The notes beneath the pieces were generated by a model, which had not been told where the DNA came from, did not search any database, and worked only from the letters and a program-made list of their open reading frames with translations. 64,000 nucleotides of DNA from an uncultured SAR86 cluster bacterium (GTDB taxonomy: Bacteria; Pseudomonadota; Gammaproteobacteria; Magnimaribacterales; D2472): the NCBI GenBank assembly GCA_902509555.1, contig CABWYS010000002.1:1478-65477 (forward strand), given 5' to 3'. The position numbers and the translations under genes were made by a program. Shown piece after piece: positions 9,638 to 19,639 of this stretch (the first letter of the stretch is position 1; each line of letters starts with the position of its first letter).

Positions 9638-10628
9638 TTTTAGAGATGCCTACAGCCTCACGCAATTTGCCAACAAGCTCTTGTGCTTGAGGGCGAACTT
9701 TTCGAGCACCATCAGAAAATAAGTCATTTAATAAATCTGGTTGTTCTTTTAATTCAGTATATTTTTCTCTTATAGGCAGGATTTCATTATTAATGATTGA
9801 AAATAAATAGTTCTTAACATCGCCCCAACCAATTCCATCTGAATATGATTTCTTCATATCATCAATCTGATCTGGAGTGGCAAAAAAGGAATAAAGCTGA
9901 AAAAGAGTACATGTTTTGTAATCTTTCGGCTGACCAGGTTCTAAGGAGTTCGTAATAATTTTAGAAATAGATTTTTGTAAAACTTTCTCTGAAGATAAAA
10001 ATGGAATAATGTTGTTATAGGTCTTACTCATCTTTCTGCCATCATTTCCTGGCACTGATATTTCGTTTTGTATTAAAGCATCTGGAAGAGTCAGCAAATT
10101 TGAATATGAATGATTAAATTTGCCTGCTATATCTCGCGCCATTTCCATATGTTGAGCCTGATCCGGGCCCACGGGAACGTGGGTAGCATTAAAAAGTAAA
10201 ATATCGGCAGCCATTAAAACTGGGTACGAAAAAAGACCCATATTGATTGCCCTATCCTCATCATCACCAGACTGAGTATTTTCAGCAACTATTGATTTAT
10301 ATGCATGGGCACGATTCAGCAAGCCTTTTGCAGCACTACAATTTAGAATCCAGGTTAATTCATGGACCTCTGGAATATCAGATTGTCTGTAAAAGTGTGA
10401 TTGCTCTGGGTCTAGCCCGGAAGAGAGCCAAGCTAATGCAACATTTTTAACACTTGCTTCAATTTCAATAGGGTCATTTTGCTTAATTAAGGCATGGTAG
10501 TCTGCAAGAAAAAAATAAGAATCATTGTCAGGGCTAACTAATCCTAAAGCAGGTTTAATGGCGCCCAAATAATTTCCAATATGGGGAGTACCAGTTGTTG
10601 TAATTCCTGTTAAAATTCTTTTTCTCAT
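9630..10628 (-). CDS. trpS: Tryptophan--tRNA ligase
   Basis: 332 aa class I aaRS. HIGH-type motif TPHIGNYLG and KMSKS-type motif KMSKT. Confidence 0.92.
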   Translation of the reverse strand: MRKRILTGITTTGTPHIGNYLGAIKPALGLVSPDNDSYFFLADYHALIKQNDPIEIEASVKNVALAWLSSGLDPEQSHFYRQSDIPEVHELTWILNCSAAKGLLNRAHAYKSIVAENTQSGDDEDRAINMGLFSYPVLMAADILLFNATHVPVGPDQAQHMEMARDIAGKFNHSYSNLLTLPDALIQNEISVPGNDGRKMSKTYNNIIPFLSSEKVLQKSISKIITNSLEPGQPKDYKTCTLFQLYSFFATPDQIDDMKKSYSDGIGWGDVKNYLFSIINNEILPIREKYTELKEQPDLLNDLFSDGARKVRPQAQELVGKLREAVGISKIV

Positions 10629-10662
10629 TTAAGGATAATTATAAACATCAAAAGAGACTATT

Positions 10663-12090
10663 GTGGAAACTCATAAAATTTTATTTGAATCATTAGATAA
10701 AGCAGAAAAGCATTTTGAAGCTGGAGAAATTCGTTTGGCTCAAAAACTTGTTAATGAGGTCTCAAGATCCATGAAGGCTGAAGGAAAAGTATCTAATAAG
10801 CTTAGACATAGATTTAACTTTATGTCAGCTCAATCCAGATACTTCAATGATATTTCATCTTTCGCTACAAATCCAAAGAGAAATGAGATCATCAAGCAAA
10901 TTGAAGACTTGATAGCTAACCCTCATGAAAGTCCTAAAAAACAAGCAAATGAAATTCATGGACTGCAAACCAAATGGCAATTATTAGACCAATCATCTAA
11001 ACCTGCTGGACGTGAACAATGGAATGCTTTTAAGACCCTTACTGACAAAGCTTGGGAACCATGCGCTCAATACTATGATGAATTAAAGAAAATAAAAATC
11101 TCTAATGCTAAAGAGAGAGAAAAAATAATTCAATCACTTGTTCAATACAACAATCATTCAGACAACTGGCCTGGATTGATTGATATGAGTAGATTTTTAA
11201 GCAAGTCTTTTCAAAAATGGCAAAGGTATGCGCCAGTTTTAGATGAGGATTTTTCCACGCTAAAGGCAGCATATCAAGAAGCAAGAAAACCTATCAATAA
11301 TGCAATCAAACAACAGGAAACTAAAAACTATAAAATCAAAGAATCATTAATTGAAAAAGTTCAGCAAATTAATGATGAGGATGCTCAAACTTGCATTCAA
11401 AAATTCCAAAAAATTAAACGTGAATATCAAAATGCCGGGCCAGCTGGTAAAAAGAATGAGCCCATATTGTGGAAAAAATTAAATGAGGCTGCTGATAGAT
11501 TTTATGAAGCTGACAAAGCTCTGATAAATAATGAGCTTGTTATAATCAACGATCTTGCTGATCAGTTAAAAAATGATGGCTGCTCAATTAAAGATATGAA
11601 AGGAAAAATTTCCGAGCTAAGCAAAACTCGAAAATCACCTGAGTTTGCAAAACTTCAAAAGGCTATTAAAAGCTATGAAAATAAAAAAATTGATGCAATC
11701 AATGCTTTAAAGATTAGTGCCTATGAAGATCTACTGAGTTTAATAGAAACATCGGATGAAAATCATTCAGTCATCAATAAAGAAATATTCAAAGCGGTAA
11801 AAAAACCACTGTACAATGCTGATGCAGACAAACTTCTTGAATGCACAGTTCAGCTGGAGCTAATAGCAAAAATTGATCCTCCTGTTTCAGATAAAGTTAT
11901 TAAACAAAAACTATCTATAGAGATGCTGCAAAATAAATTCTCTGGCAAAAAAAGTACAAATGATGAGATTAAAGACTTGCTTATTGATTTTATTAATAAT
12001 CTTAAATCAAATAAAATTAGTGCGAGTGAAAAGAAACTATGGAAAAGAATTAGTAATGTTCTAGCTAAATTAGCTGATCAGCTTCCCTAG
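10663..12090 (+). CDS. DUF349 repeat protein
   Basis: 475 aa, Lys/Glu-rich and helical. Repeated W..F/W..L units (QWNAFKTLTDKAWEP, ILWKKLNEAADRFYE) resemble DUF349. GTG start. Confidence 0.6.
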   Translation: METHKILFESLDKAEKHFEAGEIRLAQKLVNEVSRSMKAEGKVSNKLRHRFNFMSAQSRYFNDISSFATNPKRNEIIKQIEDLIANPHESPKKQANEIHGLQTKWQLLDQSSKPAGREQWNAFKTLTDKAWEPCAQYYDELKKIKISNAKEREKIIQSLVQYNNHSDNWPGLIDMSRFLSKSFQKWQRYAPVLDEDFSTLKAAYQEARKPINNAIKQQETKNYKIKESLIEKVQQINDEDAQTCIQKFQKIKREYQNAGPAGKKNEPILWKKLNEAADRFYEADKALINNELVIINDLADQLKNDGCSIKDMKGKISELSKTRKSPEFAKLQKAIKSYENKKIDAINALKISAYEDLLSLIETSDENHSVINKEIFKAVKKPLYNADADKLLECTVQLELIAKIDPPVSDKVIKQKLSIEMLQNKFSGKKSTNDEIKDLLIDFINNLKSNKISASEKKLWKRISNVLAKLADQLP

Positions 12091-13435
12091 ATTTCAAAGA
12101 ATTCATCCATCTGTCAGATCTAAATCTAGTTACGTATAGAAATCCTTTCACAACATAATCCGCAACAAGTGTTGAGAATATAATTTCAATTCTTGCATCA
12201 AGTAAGAAGAAAATTATCGCAAGAAATACTCTAATAAATAACAAACAAGTTAGCGTGATTGCGAGTGGAGTTTTTGTATCTCCAGCACCTCTCAGTGCAC
12301 CACCAAGAGAAAATTCTATTGCCATCAAGGGTTGCATTGATCCAAGCAACCAAATAAAAATAACTGTTAAACGAACTACTTCATCGTTATCAATCATAAA
12401 TCTAGCTAAGGGCTCAGCAAACACAGCAATTATTATTCCAAAAAATGTCATAGAAATAATTGATAAGCGCATTGCGCCCCACCCAGCACGCTTAGCTTGA
12501 TCTTGATTTTTTGCGCCTAAATGTTGGCCAACAAGAGTTGCTCCTGCAATTGAAAAACCAAATCCAATAACAAATGAAAAAGATAATATTTGCACTCCAA
12601 TTCCATAAGCAGCGTAAGCCTCAGTACCATAATAAGCTACTAAAATAAGAAATGCAGTTATACCTACCTGAAAAATTATTTGCTCAAGAGCTGCAGGTAA
12701 CCCAACCTGAAAAATTTCTTTAACTCTTAAAGTATCAAGATCAAATATAGAAAAATAACGAACAGGCAGTTGATTTGAAAGCCAGAACACTATTAATAAT
12801 GAAGCCCCTATAACAAAAGATACGCCATTTCCAAAAGCTGCTCCAACAACACCATAATTTGGAAATCCAAGCCAACCATTTACAAAAACTAGCATAAAAA
12901 ATATAGCAAAAATATTCATTATAAGACCAATGAATAGAGGGGTTTTTACATCACCAACTGCTCTGAGAGCTGTTATAAGACCCATCCCACATCCAAAAGC
13001 TAAATAGAATGGAGCTATGGCTTGGAGATATTGGATGGATAATGTAAGTGCTTGGCCTTTTAGACCAAAAAATCTTACTAGAGATTCTGCAAATTGCCAC
13101 ACACAAATAGCAGATACCATCGATAAAAACAGCACCAATTGAACTGTTCGGGTAAAAAATACTCCTGCTTCTAACTTATCGTTAGATCCCCAATTTCTAG
13201 CAATAAGTGCTGTTGAACCAGCCAATACACCAGTTAATACAGCCTGTAAAATAAAAGTGACCCTCTGACCTGTGACCGCTGCGGCAATTGCATCAGGCCC
13301 AAGATTACCTACAACCTTTATCGCGACAATTGAGCTTGTTGCATAAAATAGATTAGTAATAATGGAAGGCCAAGCAAGAGTCCAAACACCCATTGAACCT
13401 CTTGGGATTTTTGCTCCCTCATCTAAGATTTCCAA
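12065..13435 (-). CDS. MATE-family efflux transporter
   Basis: 456 aa with 12 TM helices. The N-terminal WTLAWPSIITNLF pattern is typical of NorM/MATE proteins. Confidence 0.8.
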   Translation of the reverse strand: MEILDEGAKIPRGSMGVWTLAWPSIITNLFYATSSIVAIKVVGNLGPDAIAAAVTGQRVTFILQAVLTGVLAGSTALIARNWGSNDKLEAGVFFTRTVQLVLFLSMVSAICVWQFAESLVRFFGLKGQALTLSIQYLQAIAPFYLAFGCGMGLITALRAVGDVKTPLFIGLIMNIFAIFFMLVFVNGWLGFPNYGVVGAAFGNGVSFVIGASLLIVFWLSNQLPVRYFSIFDLDTLRVKEIFQVGLPAALEQIIFQVGITAFLILVAYYGTEAYAAYGIGVQILSFSFVIGFGFSIAGATLVGQHLGAKNQDQAKRAGWGAMRLSIISMTFFGIIIAVFAEPLARFMIDNDEVVRLTVIFIWLLGSMQPLMAIEFSLGGALRGAGDTKTPLAITLTCLLFIRVFLAIIFFLLDARIEIIFSTLVADYVVKGFLYVTRFRSDRWMNSLKSREADQLI

Positions 13436-13438
13436 ATA

Positions 13439-13684
13439 TTAAGAGTCCTTAATTGAGCCAAGGTAGATGACTCCAAATATTAGAGTCATTGAAAATGCAA
13501 TAAATGGTGAATCTTGAGATTTAAGTATTTTATTTCTATAGATTACACATTCAATTAAATGAGCAATAAACAACAAGTAAAAAATTCCAGATGCAACATA
13601 AAAAATCCAACCATTGAATGGTTCAAGTAAATTAACAATGCCAAAGGCCCAAAGAATTAACGTAATTATATGTGGAGCCTTCAT
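13439..13684 (-). CDS. Small integral membrane protein (DUF1145-like, uncertain)
   Basis: 81 aa with 3 hydrophobic helices. It lies 3 nt upstream of the MATE gene on the same strand. Confidence 0.5.
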   Translation of the reverse strand: MKAPHIITLILWAFGIVNLLEPFNGWIFYVASGIFYLLFIAHLIECVIYRNKILKSQDSPFIAFSMTLIFGVIYLGSIKDS

Positions 13685-13808
13685 TGTAACCTCTGGAAGT
13701 TTGTAGAATAAATTCTATCAATCATTTTTTCAATAAGGGGTTGAATACGTGAGTACGATTGATTGTCTTTAATTGCATATGGTGTAAGTATAAAACCTTG
13801 CCATTAAA

Positions 13809-15233
13809 TCACCTAACTTCTAACTTAGACAAAATATTTTTATGCTTTTGACGATCGATATTGTAGAAAGAAAATATTCCAAACGGGATAATCATTAAAA
13901 CTGCAACAAACGGACCCTGAACCATTGCTAGACTAAATATTTGATCAGTATTAGGCAATAGTTCAGACCCTCGAGGGAAATCAATAATTTCTAATGCCAG
14001 ACCAGCTACTAAAATTCCTAATCCCGTATTTAGCTTCCCTATTAATGAGCTAGATGCATACATCAGACCTTGTTGGCCAATTTTACTCTCAAGCTCAACT
14101 TCATCACTGATATCTCCTAGCATTGATTCTCTAACGATTGCGCTTGATGATAAACAAGTATTCCCTATATATATAAATGGAAATAAAGCAAAAAATAAAT
14201 TCCAAGAACCAGAGTCTGGAAGAATATCATTTAAATAAAGAATAATTGGTATTGGTGGAATTATCGCAGCAAAAGCTATTGCAAATAACAAAATAGATCT
14301 CTTTTCGAGATATAGAACTAATCTTGGTATCAACAAAAATGCGGTAAATGTGGACATAGCGTAAATACCTAAAAATGAAGCTATCATGATAGATTTAAAC
14401 TCCCAAAAATAAGTATTCATATATATTTGCAGTGAGCTATTTAAACCCCAACTTACAGCAATAAATAAATATCCAAAAAAGAAAATTAAGAATGATTTAT
14501 TTTTTAGGGCAATAAAAATTTGAGAGAAAATTAATTTTAAATCAAAAGAGCTTTGATTGAATGACGAGCTGTTTCGATATTTCAATGTTCCAAAATAAGT
14601 CACAAGCACAGAAATGCACATTAAGATTGCGCCAGTCATGCCATAGTAAATCCATGGTTCAGGGTTTTGAGTGCCAGGAATGTATTCTGGAGTGTCTTTA
14701 AAAAAAACGGTGTAAGCTAAGAAAGCATTAAATAATCCGCCTGCCCAACCAAACATTTCACGCGCAGCAAATATTGAAGTTCTCTCTGTATAAGAACGAG
14801 ACATTTCACTCCCCAATGATCTATGTGGCACATCAAATACAGTCATTCCCAATCTTGTCAAAATAGTAAATGTAAGCATCCAAAAAAATAATTGTTGTTG
14901 TGATAAACCCCAGGATGATTGGATGGAAAAGAGCATAAAGTAAGACAGTCCCATAGGAATTATTCCCAAAAGGAAATAAGGATGCCTTCTGCCTAAACGA
15001 TGATTTGTTCTGTCTGAGATCACCCCCATTATAGGATCGGTCAATGCATCAACCATCAAGGCTATAAAAATTGCAAGACTGGCAAGGCCGGGAGTTAAGC
15101 CTATGACATTAGAATAGAAAAATAAAAGAAAAAAAGTAAAAGCATCGCCCTTTACTCCGTTCGCAACAGCCCCAGATGCATAAAAAAATTTTTCTTTTGG
15201 TTGAATGCTCATAGCTCGATATTGTAAAGACAT
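13809..15233 (-). CDS. Glycoside-pentoside-hexuronide (GPH)/MFS-type cation symporter
   Basis: 474 aa. The GPH signature region DALTDPIMGVISDRTNHRLGRRHPY is present. Confidence 0.75.
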   Translation of the reverse strand: MSLQYRAMSIQPKEKFFYASGAVANGVKGDAFTFFLLFFYSNVIGLTPGLASLAIFIALMVDALTDPIMGVISDRTNHRLGRRHPYFLLGIIPMGLSYFMLFSIQSSWGLSQQQLFFWMLTFTILTRLGMTVFDVPHRSLGSEMSRSYTERTSIFAAREMFGWAGGLFNAFLAYTVFFKDTPEYIPGTQNPEPWIYYGMTGAILMCISVLVTYFGTLKYRNSSSFNQSSFDLKLIFSQIFIALKNKSFLIFFFGYLFIAVSWGLNSSLQIYMNTYFWEFKSIMIASFLGIYAMSTFTAFLLIPRLVLYLEKRSILLFAIAFAAIIPPIPIILYLNDILPDSGSWNLFFALFPFIYIGNTCLSSSAIVRESMLGDISDEVELESKIGQQGLMYASSSLIGKLNTGLGILVAGLALEIIDFPRGSELLPNTDQIFSLAMVQGPFVAVLMIIPFGIFSFYNIDRQKHKNILSKLEVR

Positions 15234-15262
15234 TTAAGAATCATGAAATGTAATTAAAAAAA

Positions 15263-16207
15263 TTATTTTGCTAAAAATGCAATTAATTTATCTTGAAACT
15301 TAGCGTATGACTCTTCATCCAATAAATGACCCATGCCCTCAATGATCTCAAGTTTGCTTGATTGAATTAATTTCTTGGCAGAATAGGCATTTTTAACTTT
15401 AATAAGAGGGTCAATATTGCCATGAATAATTAATGTTGGGGTATTGATTGATTTAAGAAGTTCTTCTCTGTTCTTCGATCCAATAATTGCAGCCATTTGC
15501 CTTAGAAAACCCCCGTCATCGCCGCCCCTTTTAATGTAAGCTTGCATATTTTTTCTGAATTGCGGCGTGTTGTAATTCTTTCCGGGAGTACCGATAAGCT
15601 CAAATAATTTAATCGACTGATCAATTCTACCTTCAATATCATCTTTAGCTGCAGACCTTTTGAGTAACTGTTGAGTAACCTTAAACTTTGGACCATTAAA
15701 TGGATTTGGTGTTGAGGCTGTTGAGGAAATCATAGTAAATGACTTGGCTCTTTGTGGATGCTGTGCAACTAATACCTGAGAGATCATCCCACCCATCGAC
15801 ATGCCCAAAATATGAGCCGAACCTATCTCTAAATGATCAAGAACAGCTATACCATCTGAAGCCATATCTTCAATGGTGTACTCAGAATTAATTGGAATAA
15901 ACATAAAATATTTTAAATAGTTTAATGTTTGAGATGGTTGAGATGAAAATCTAGTGGATAATCCAACGTCGCGGTTATCAAACACTATGGGTCTAAAATT
16001 ATTTTCCTGTAAATCATTGATTAGAAATTCTGGCCATAAGGTCAATTGGGCACCAAGACCCGTCACTAACAAAATTGGAGTAGCATTTATCGGCCCATAA
16101 TCCCTATAGGCAATATTGATTGAATTATTTTTAGCAAAGCCTTCATCAAAAGAAAACACATTGATGCAAAAAGTTAAAAGTAGTAAAAATAAACTTTTAT
16201 AGCGCAT
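15263..16207 (-). CDS. Secreted alpha/beta hydrolase
   Basis: 314 aa with an N-terminal signal peptide. Nucleophile elbow GMSMGG and C-terminal GHLL. Confidence 0.75.
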   Translation of the reverse strand: MRYKSLFLLLLTFCINVFSFDEGFAKNNSINIAYRDYGPINATPILLVTGLGAQLTLWPEFLINDLQENNFRPIVFDNRDVGLSTRFSSQPSQTLNYLKYFMFIPINSEYTIEDMASDGIAVLDHLEIGSAHILGMSMGGMISQVLVAQHPQRAKSFTMISSTASTPNPFNGPKFKVTQQLLKRSAAKDDIEGRIDQSIKLFELIGTPGKNYNTPQFRKNMQAYIKRGGDDGGFLRQMAAIIGSKNREELLKSINTPTLIIHGNIDPLIKVKNAYSAKKLIQSSKLEIIEGMGHLLDEESYAKFQDKLIAFLAK

Positions 16208-17303
16208 AAGCTTTTGCTCTTAAGTTAACGTTATTCCTAATAGCGCCCCAAAAAAGAGACATATCAAAATTATGCAGATCTCCTTCATTAGCAAATCGTT
16301 TAATTTTTTCGATTAATGGGCCCCTAGTTTCAACCATAGAATTGTGAGAGACCCTAGCTTCAAAGCTTAAATCAGGTATAGCCTCAATAGAAAGTTTAGA
16401 ATAAGTATTCTTTGTCGCGTAATAATCGGCAAGCGAGAGCTTATCTGATTTTAATCTAATCGAAATATTATCAGGATCATCTACCCAATCGTGTTGAGCA
16501 TTCCAAGAAAATGGATTTTGGCAGACTAGTGATTGGTCCATTCGTTCTAGCGTCCAACCATTTGGAGTCCAAAGCAAGGATTTTGCCCTGCTTCGGCTAA
16601 ATCCCTCTATACCAGTGCACCACGAAATGATTGATTTTTGATCAATGCTAGATTCAGAAATAGATAGATCTGGATAAAGTTGATCAAAATATTTTGTAGG
16701 CAATATGTACCCAATTAGATATGCTGCTATAAAGTTTTTTTGAGCATTGGTGTTGGATATATACTCATTTATTAATCTTTGACCATGCAAAGCTCCTTGG
16801 CTATGCCCTGCTAAAAAAAATGGCTTGCCATCATTGTGCTCTTGCAAAAATACTTCAAAGGCATTCGATAAATCTGAGTAAGCTAAATCGAGTGCATTAA
16901 ATCCATTTTTAGATTTAGTATCAAAAAAGGAAAAATAGGTTGCTTGTCGATAGTATGGAGCATAGACATTGCAAGTTTCCGAAAATGCTGATGCTTGTGT
17001 TGCTAAATGACTGCCAGTCCTTTCATATGCAGCTGATGTCATATCAATAGGTGAATTCCATTGCTTTTCAAAATATCCTGTTGGATGAATAAAAAAAACG
17101 TCGACCTCTTTACTGTTAAATATTGGCGGATTGTCAGGCGATAAATTTTGAAATCCCTCTTTACCAGGAAATGCTGCCCAACTTGAGGCTTCTAAATAAT
17201 TTGGTTCTTTTGGATGATTACTAGAATTAAAATCAGTTTCAGGCTTAAGACTTAATATAAATTCTAAATTATTGTTCCATGGGCTAGGTTTTTTTTTAGT
17301 CAT
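16197..17303 (-). CDS. Alpha/beta hydrolase, DUF3089/lipase-like
   Basis: 368 aa with nucleophile elbow GHSQGA. It overlaps the downstream hydrolase gene by 11 nt. Confidence 0.6.
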   Translation of the reverse strand: MTKKKPSPWNNNLEFILSLKPETDFNSSNHPKEPNYLEASSWAAFPGKEGFQNLSPDNPPIFNSKEVDVFFIHPTGYFEKQWNSPIDMTSAAYERTGSHLATQASAFSETCNVYAPYYRQATYFSFFDTKSKNGFNALDLAYSDLSNAFEVFLQEHNDGKPFFLAGHSQGALHGQRLINEYISNTNAQKNFIAAYLIGYILPTKYFDQLYPDLSISESSIDQKSIISWCTGIEGFSRSRAKSLLWTPNGWTLERMDQSLVCQNPFSWNAQHDWVDDPDNISIRLKSDKLSLADYYATKNTYSKLSIEAIPDLSFEARVSHNSMVETRGPLIEKIKRFANEGDLHNFDMSLFWGAIRNNVNLRAKAYAL

Positions 17304-17307
17304 AGAA

Positions 17308-17712
17308 TTATAGTTTTAGAAATTTATTAGTTGCAGAAGCTGTTGCAACCAATGTTTCGCCTTGATGCAATTCAGCAGAAGTATAAGAAATACTTTTACC
17401 TGTCTTCTTAATGGTTGCTAATGAAGTAAATTTACCAGGCGTACCTGGGGCTAGAAAATTAACATTAATATTTAAGGTTAATGGGTTATATGCGCCATTA
17501 GTCTTGAAGATTAATAGATGTGCCATAGAGGTATCAAGCATCGCTGTTATGAAACCACCTTGCACAAAAGCTCCATCTGAATGAGTTAGCTCTTCTCCTA
17601 TATTAAAACCCATAGTAATTGTTTCTTTTTTTTCATCAAAATAAACATCATCAGCTCCAAGAATGGAAAGAAATTTTGGTGGTTGGCGTAGGTCTATTTT
17701 TGAGGATGTCAT
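17308..17712 (-). CDS. Hotdog-fold (PaaI-type) acyl-CoA thioesterase
   Basis: The track ORF runs to 17868, but that extension overlaps the divergent gene starting at 17762. The internal ATG at 17712 (MTSSKIDL...) gives 134 aa, with a PaaI-like GGFITAMLD segment. Confidence 0.6.
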   Translation of the reverse strand: MTSSKIDLRQPPKFLSILGADDVYFDEKKETITMGFNIGEELTHSDGAFVQGGFITAMLDTSMAHLLIFKTNGAYNPLTLNINVNFLAPGTPGKFTSLATIKKTGKSISYTSAELHQGETLVATASATNKFLKL

Positions 17713-17761
17713 TGGATGCTTAGTGTAATAGAATAATTGATATAAATTATAGGGGAAATAT

Positions 17762-19084
17762 ATGAGAATCTTTATATCAATATTAGTATTTTTTTTCATT
17801 TCAGCGCAAATAAATGCGAGCTCACTTGAAACAAGTGATAAGAATAAAATAACAAAACATTTCAACACATATATTGATAATGGAAGTCTCCCAAATATTT
17901 CAATTTTAATTAAAAAGGATAATAAAGAAATTTATCGTCACTCTCACGGGTTCGCCGATATAGAGAAAAAGATCAATGTTAACGAAAAAACAATTTACAG
18001 AATTTATTCAATGACAAAGCCAGTCACTGGTGTTGCAATTATGCAATTAGTGGAAAACGGACAACTAAGACTTAATGATAAAGTTTCCAAGTACATTCCA
18101 GCATTTAAAAATACAAAAGTTATCAATCTTGAGTTTCAGGACTATGTTGTAAAACCAAAAAGAGAAATTACCATTAGAGATCTGTTAACTCATACAAGTG
18201 GTTTGACTTATAGCTGGGCTGGCGAAGGTCCTGTTAACCAAATTTATAGAAAATATAATATTCGCCCTTATTATTTTGGAGAACTTGACTCTGAGTTAAA
18301 TAAATTTCCTGGCAATACCTGTCAATTTGCTGCAGCTGCAGCAGCTGCCCCCCTTTTACATAATCCAGGTGAAAAATGGTCATATGGAATAAATATGGAT
18401 ATTTTAGGCTGTGTGGTAGAGGTTATTTCAAAGATAACATTTGCTGATTATTTACAAAAAAATATTTTTGATCCTCTTAATCTTAAAAGCATTGGTTTTT
18501 CAGTAAATCCAAATGATAGTGATTTATTTACAACACTTTATACTTCTGGAGCATTTTCTAGAGACGGTGAGATTGTTGCGCCTTCTGGACTGAATCAATC
18601 TGAACTTATGTTCTCTAAGGAACTTCGATCAATTGATTCATTTGATAAGTCTCCATACTTAACAAATTCATCAAAATTATTTGATGGTGGATCGGGTCTT
18701 GTTTCAAACATTGATGATTATAGTAAATTTGCTGAGATGCTTTTAAATGGCGGTGTTTTGAATGGAGTTAGAATTCTTAGCGAGGCTTCTGTGGATTTAA
18801 TGTCAAAGAATCATCTCTCGGATGAAATTCTTTCTGATGGAGCTGCATTTGGATTAAAGGGCGTTGGTATGGGATTGACAGTTGGAACAATTTTGGATCC
18901 TGGCTTAGCTGGAACTTATTCTGTTAAAGGGGAATTTTTTTGGGGTGGAGCAGCTAGTACAATCTTCTGGGTTGATACAAAGAATAATGTCACAGCTACT
19001 ATGATGACGCAGTACATGCCTTCAGATAAATATCCATTGCGAGAAGAATTAAAGACATTGCTATATTCTAGCTTGAGCAACTAA
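17762..19084 (+). CDS. Secreted serine hydrolase, beta-lactamase/transpeptidase-like (class C family)
   Basis: 440 aa with a signal peptide. S-x-x-K motif in IYSMTKPVTG. LLTHTSGL is typical of the family. Confidence 0.8.
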   Translation: MRIFISILVFFFISAQINASSLETSDKNKITKHFNTYIDNGSLPNISILIKKDNKEIYRHSHGFADIEKKINVNEKTIYRIYSMTKPVTGVAIMQLVENGQLRLNDKVSKYIPAFKNTKVINLEFQDYVVKPKREITIRDLLTHTSGLTYSWAGEGPVNQIYRKYNIRPYYFGELDSELNKFPGNTCQFAAAAAAAPLLHNPGEKWSYGINMDILGCVVEVISKITFADYLQKNIFDPLNLKSIGFSVNPNDSDLFTTLYTSGAFSRDGEIVAPSGLNQSELMFSKELRSIDSFDKSPYLTNSSKLFDGGSGLVSNIDDYSKFAEMLLNGGVLNGVRILSEASVDLMSKNHLSDEILSDGAAFGLKGVGMGLTVGTILDPGLAGTYSVKGEFFWGGAASTIFWVDTKNNVTATMMTQYMPSDKYPLREELKTLLYSSLSN

Positions 19085-19087
19085 AAC

Positions 19088-19177
19088 TGGCGGAGAGACA
19101 GGGATTCGAACCCTGGAAACCCGCGAAGGTTTGCTGGTTTTCAAGACCAGTGCATTCAACCGCTCTGCCATCTCTCC
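19088..19177 (-). tRNA. tRNA-Ser (anticodon UGA)
   Basis: The reverse complement reads GGAGAGATGGCAGAGCGGTTGAATGCACTGGTCTTGAAAACCAGCAAACCTTCGCGGGTTTCCAGGGTTCGAATCCCTGTCTCTCCGCCA. It has a 7-bp acceptor stem, anticodon loop CTTGAAA, a long variable arm, a TTCGAAT T-loop and an encoded CCA. Confidence 0.93.
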
Positions 19178-19302
19178 GTTCCTATAGGTAAGGCATTTTA
19201 TAGGCTTTTATAAATAAGTAAATGTGAGAGGAACTCCATGACGAAGATTTACTCAAATTACTAATTATTGAGAATCAAGATAAACTAAATCAAAATGATT
19301 AA

Positions 19303-19331
19303 TTGACATCAATCTCCCATATTTGTTTAAT
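19303..19331 (+). promoter_or_regulatory. Candidate sigma-70 promoter for the DUF4177 operon
   Basis: TTGACA (19303-19308), a 17-nt spacer, then TTTAAT (19326-19331). Read by eye only, in an AT-rich background. Confidence 0.3.
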
Positions 19332-19419
19332 ATTAATATCGTTCATCCTTATCTTGGGACGGAAGTAGGTAATAATACTGAAGGAACGCATCTTATTGCC
19401 AACCGGCAGGAGATGAAAA

Positions 19420-19635
19420 ATGACTAAATGGGAATATAAAATTGTTGATCATAGCAATTCAACTGCGATGGGTTACTCTAACGATGAAACTGAAGCATTT
19501 AAAATTGAATATAAAGATGCTGTCCATTGGAAATATGAAATGTCTAGGATTGAATTGAATAAACTTGGTCAAGAAGGCTGGGAATTAGTTACTCAAGATG
19601 GAGCAAGTCAAATATATTTAAGACGCCCAATTTAA
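19420..19635 (+). CDS. DUF4177-like small protein
   Basis: 71 aa. The WEYKIV start and LNKLGQEGWELV motif are typical of DUF4177. AGGAG lies 7 nt upstream of the ATG. Confidence 0.6.
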   Translation: MTKWEYKIVDHSNSTAMGYSNDETEAFKIEYKDAVHWKYEMSRIELNKLGQEGWELVTQDGASQIYLRRPI

Positions 19636-19639
19636 AATA

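Noticed and set aside
17713-17868. N-terminal extensions of track ORFs. They affect 17308-17868, 26105-27787, 31661-32674, 47163-47798, 53954-54727 and 56136-57215.
   Set aside because: The extensions overlap divergent neighbouring genes or promoters. In each case an internal ATG yields a sensible N-terminus: a family-typical start, a signal peptide, or a GxGxxG motif right after the Met.
18329-18349. GCTGCAGCTGCAGCAGCTGCC repeat encoding Ala7 inside the serine-hydrolase gene.
   Set aside because: This is a short in-frame coding repeat in a probable surface loop. There is no evidence of a function beyond a low-complexity insertion.
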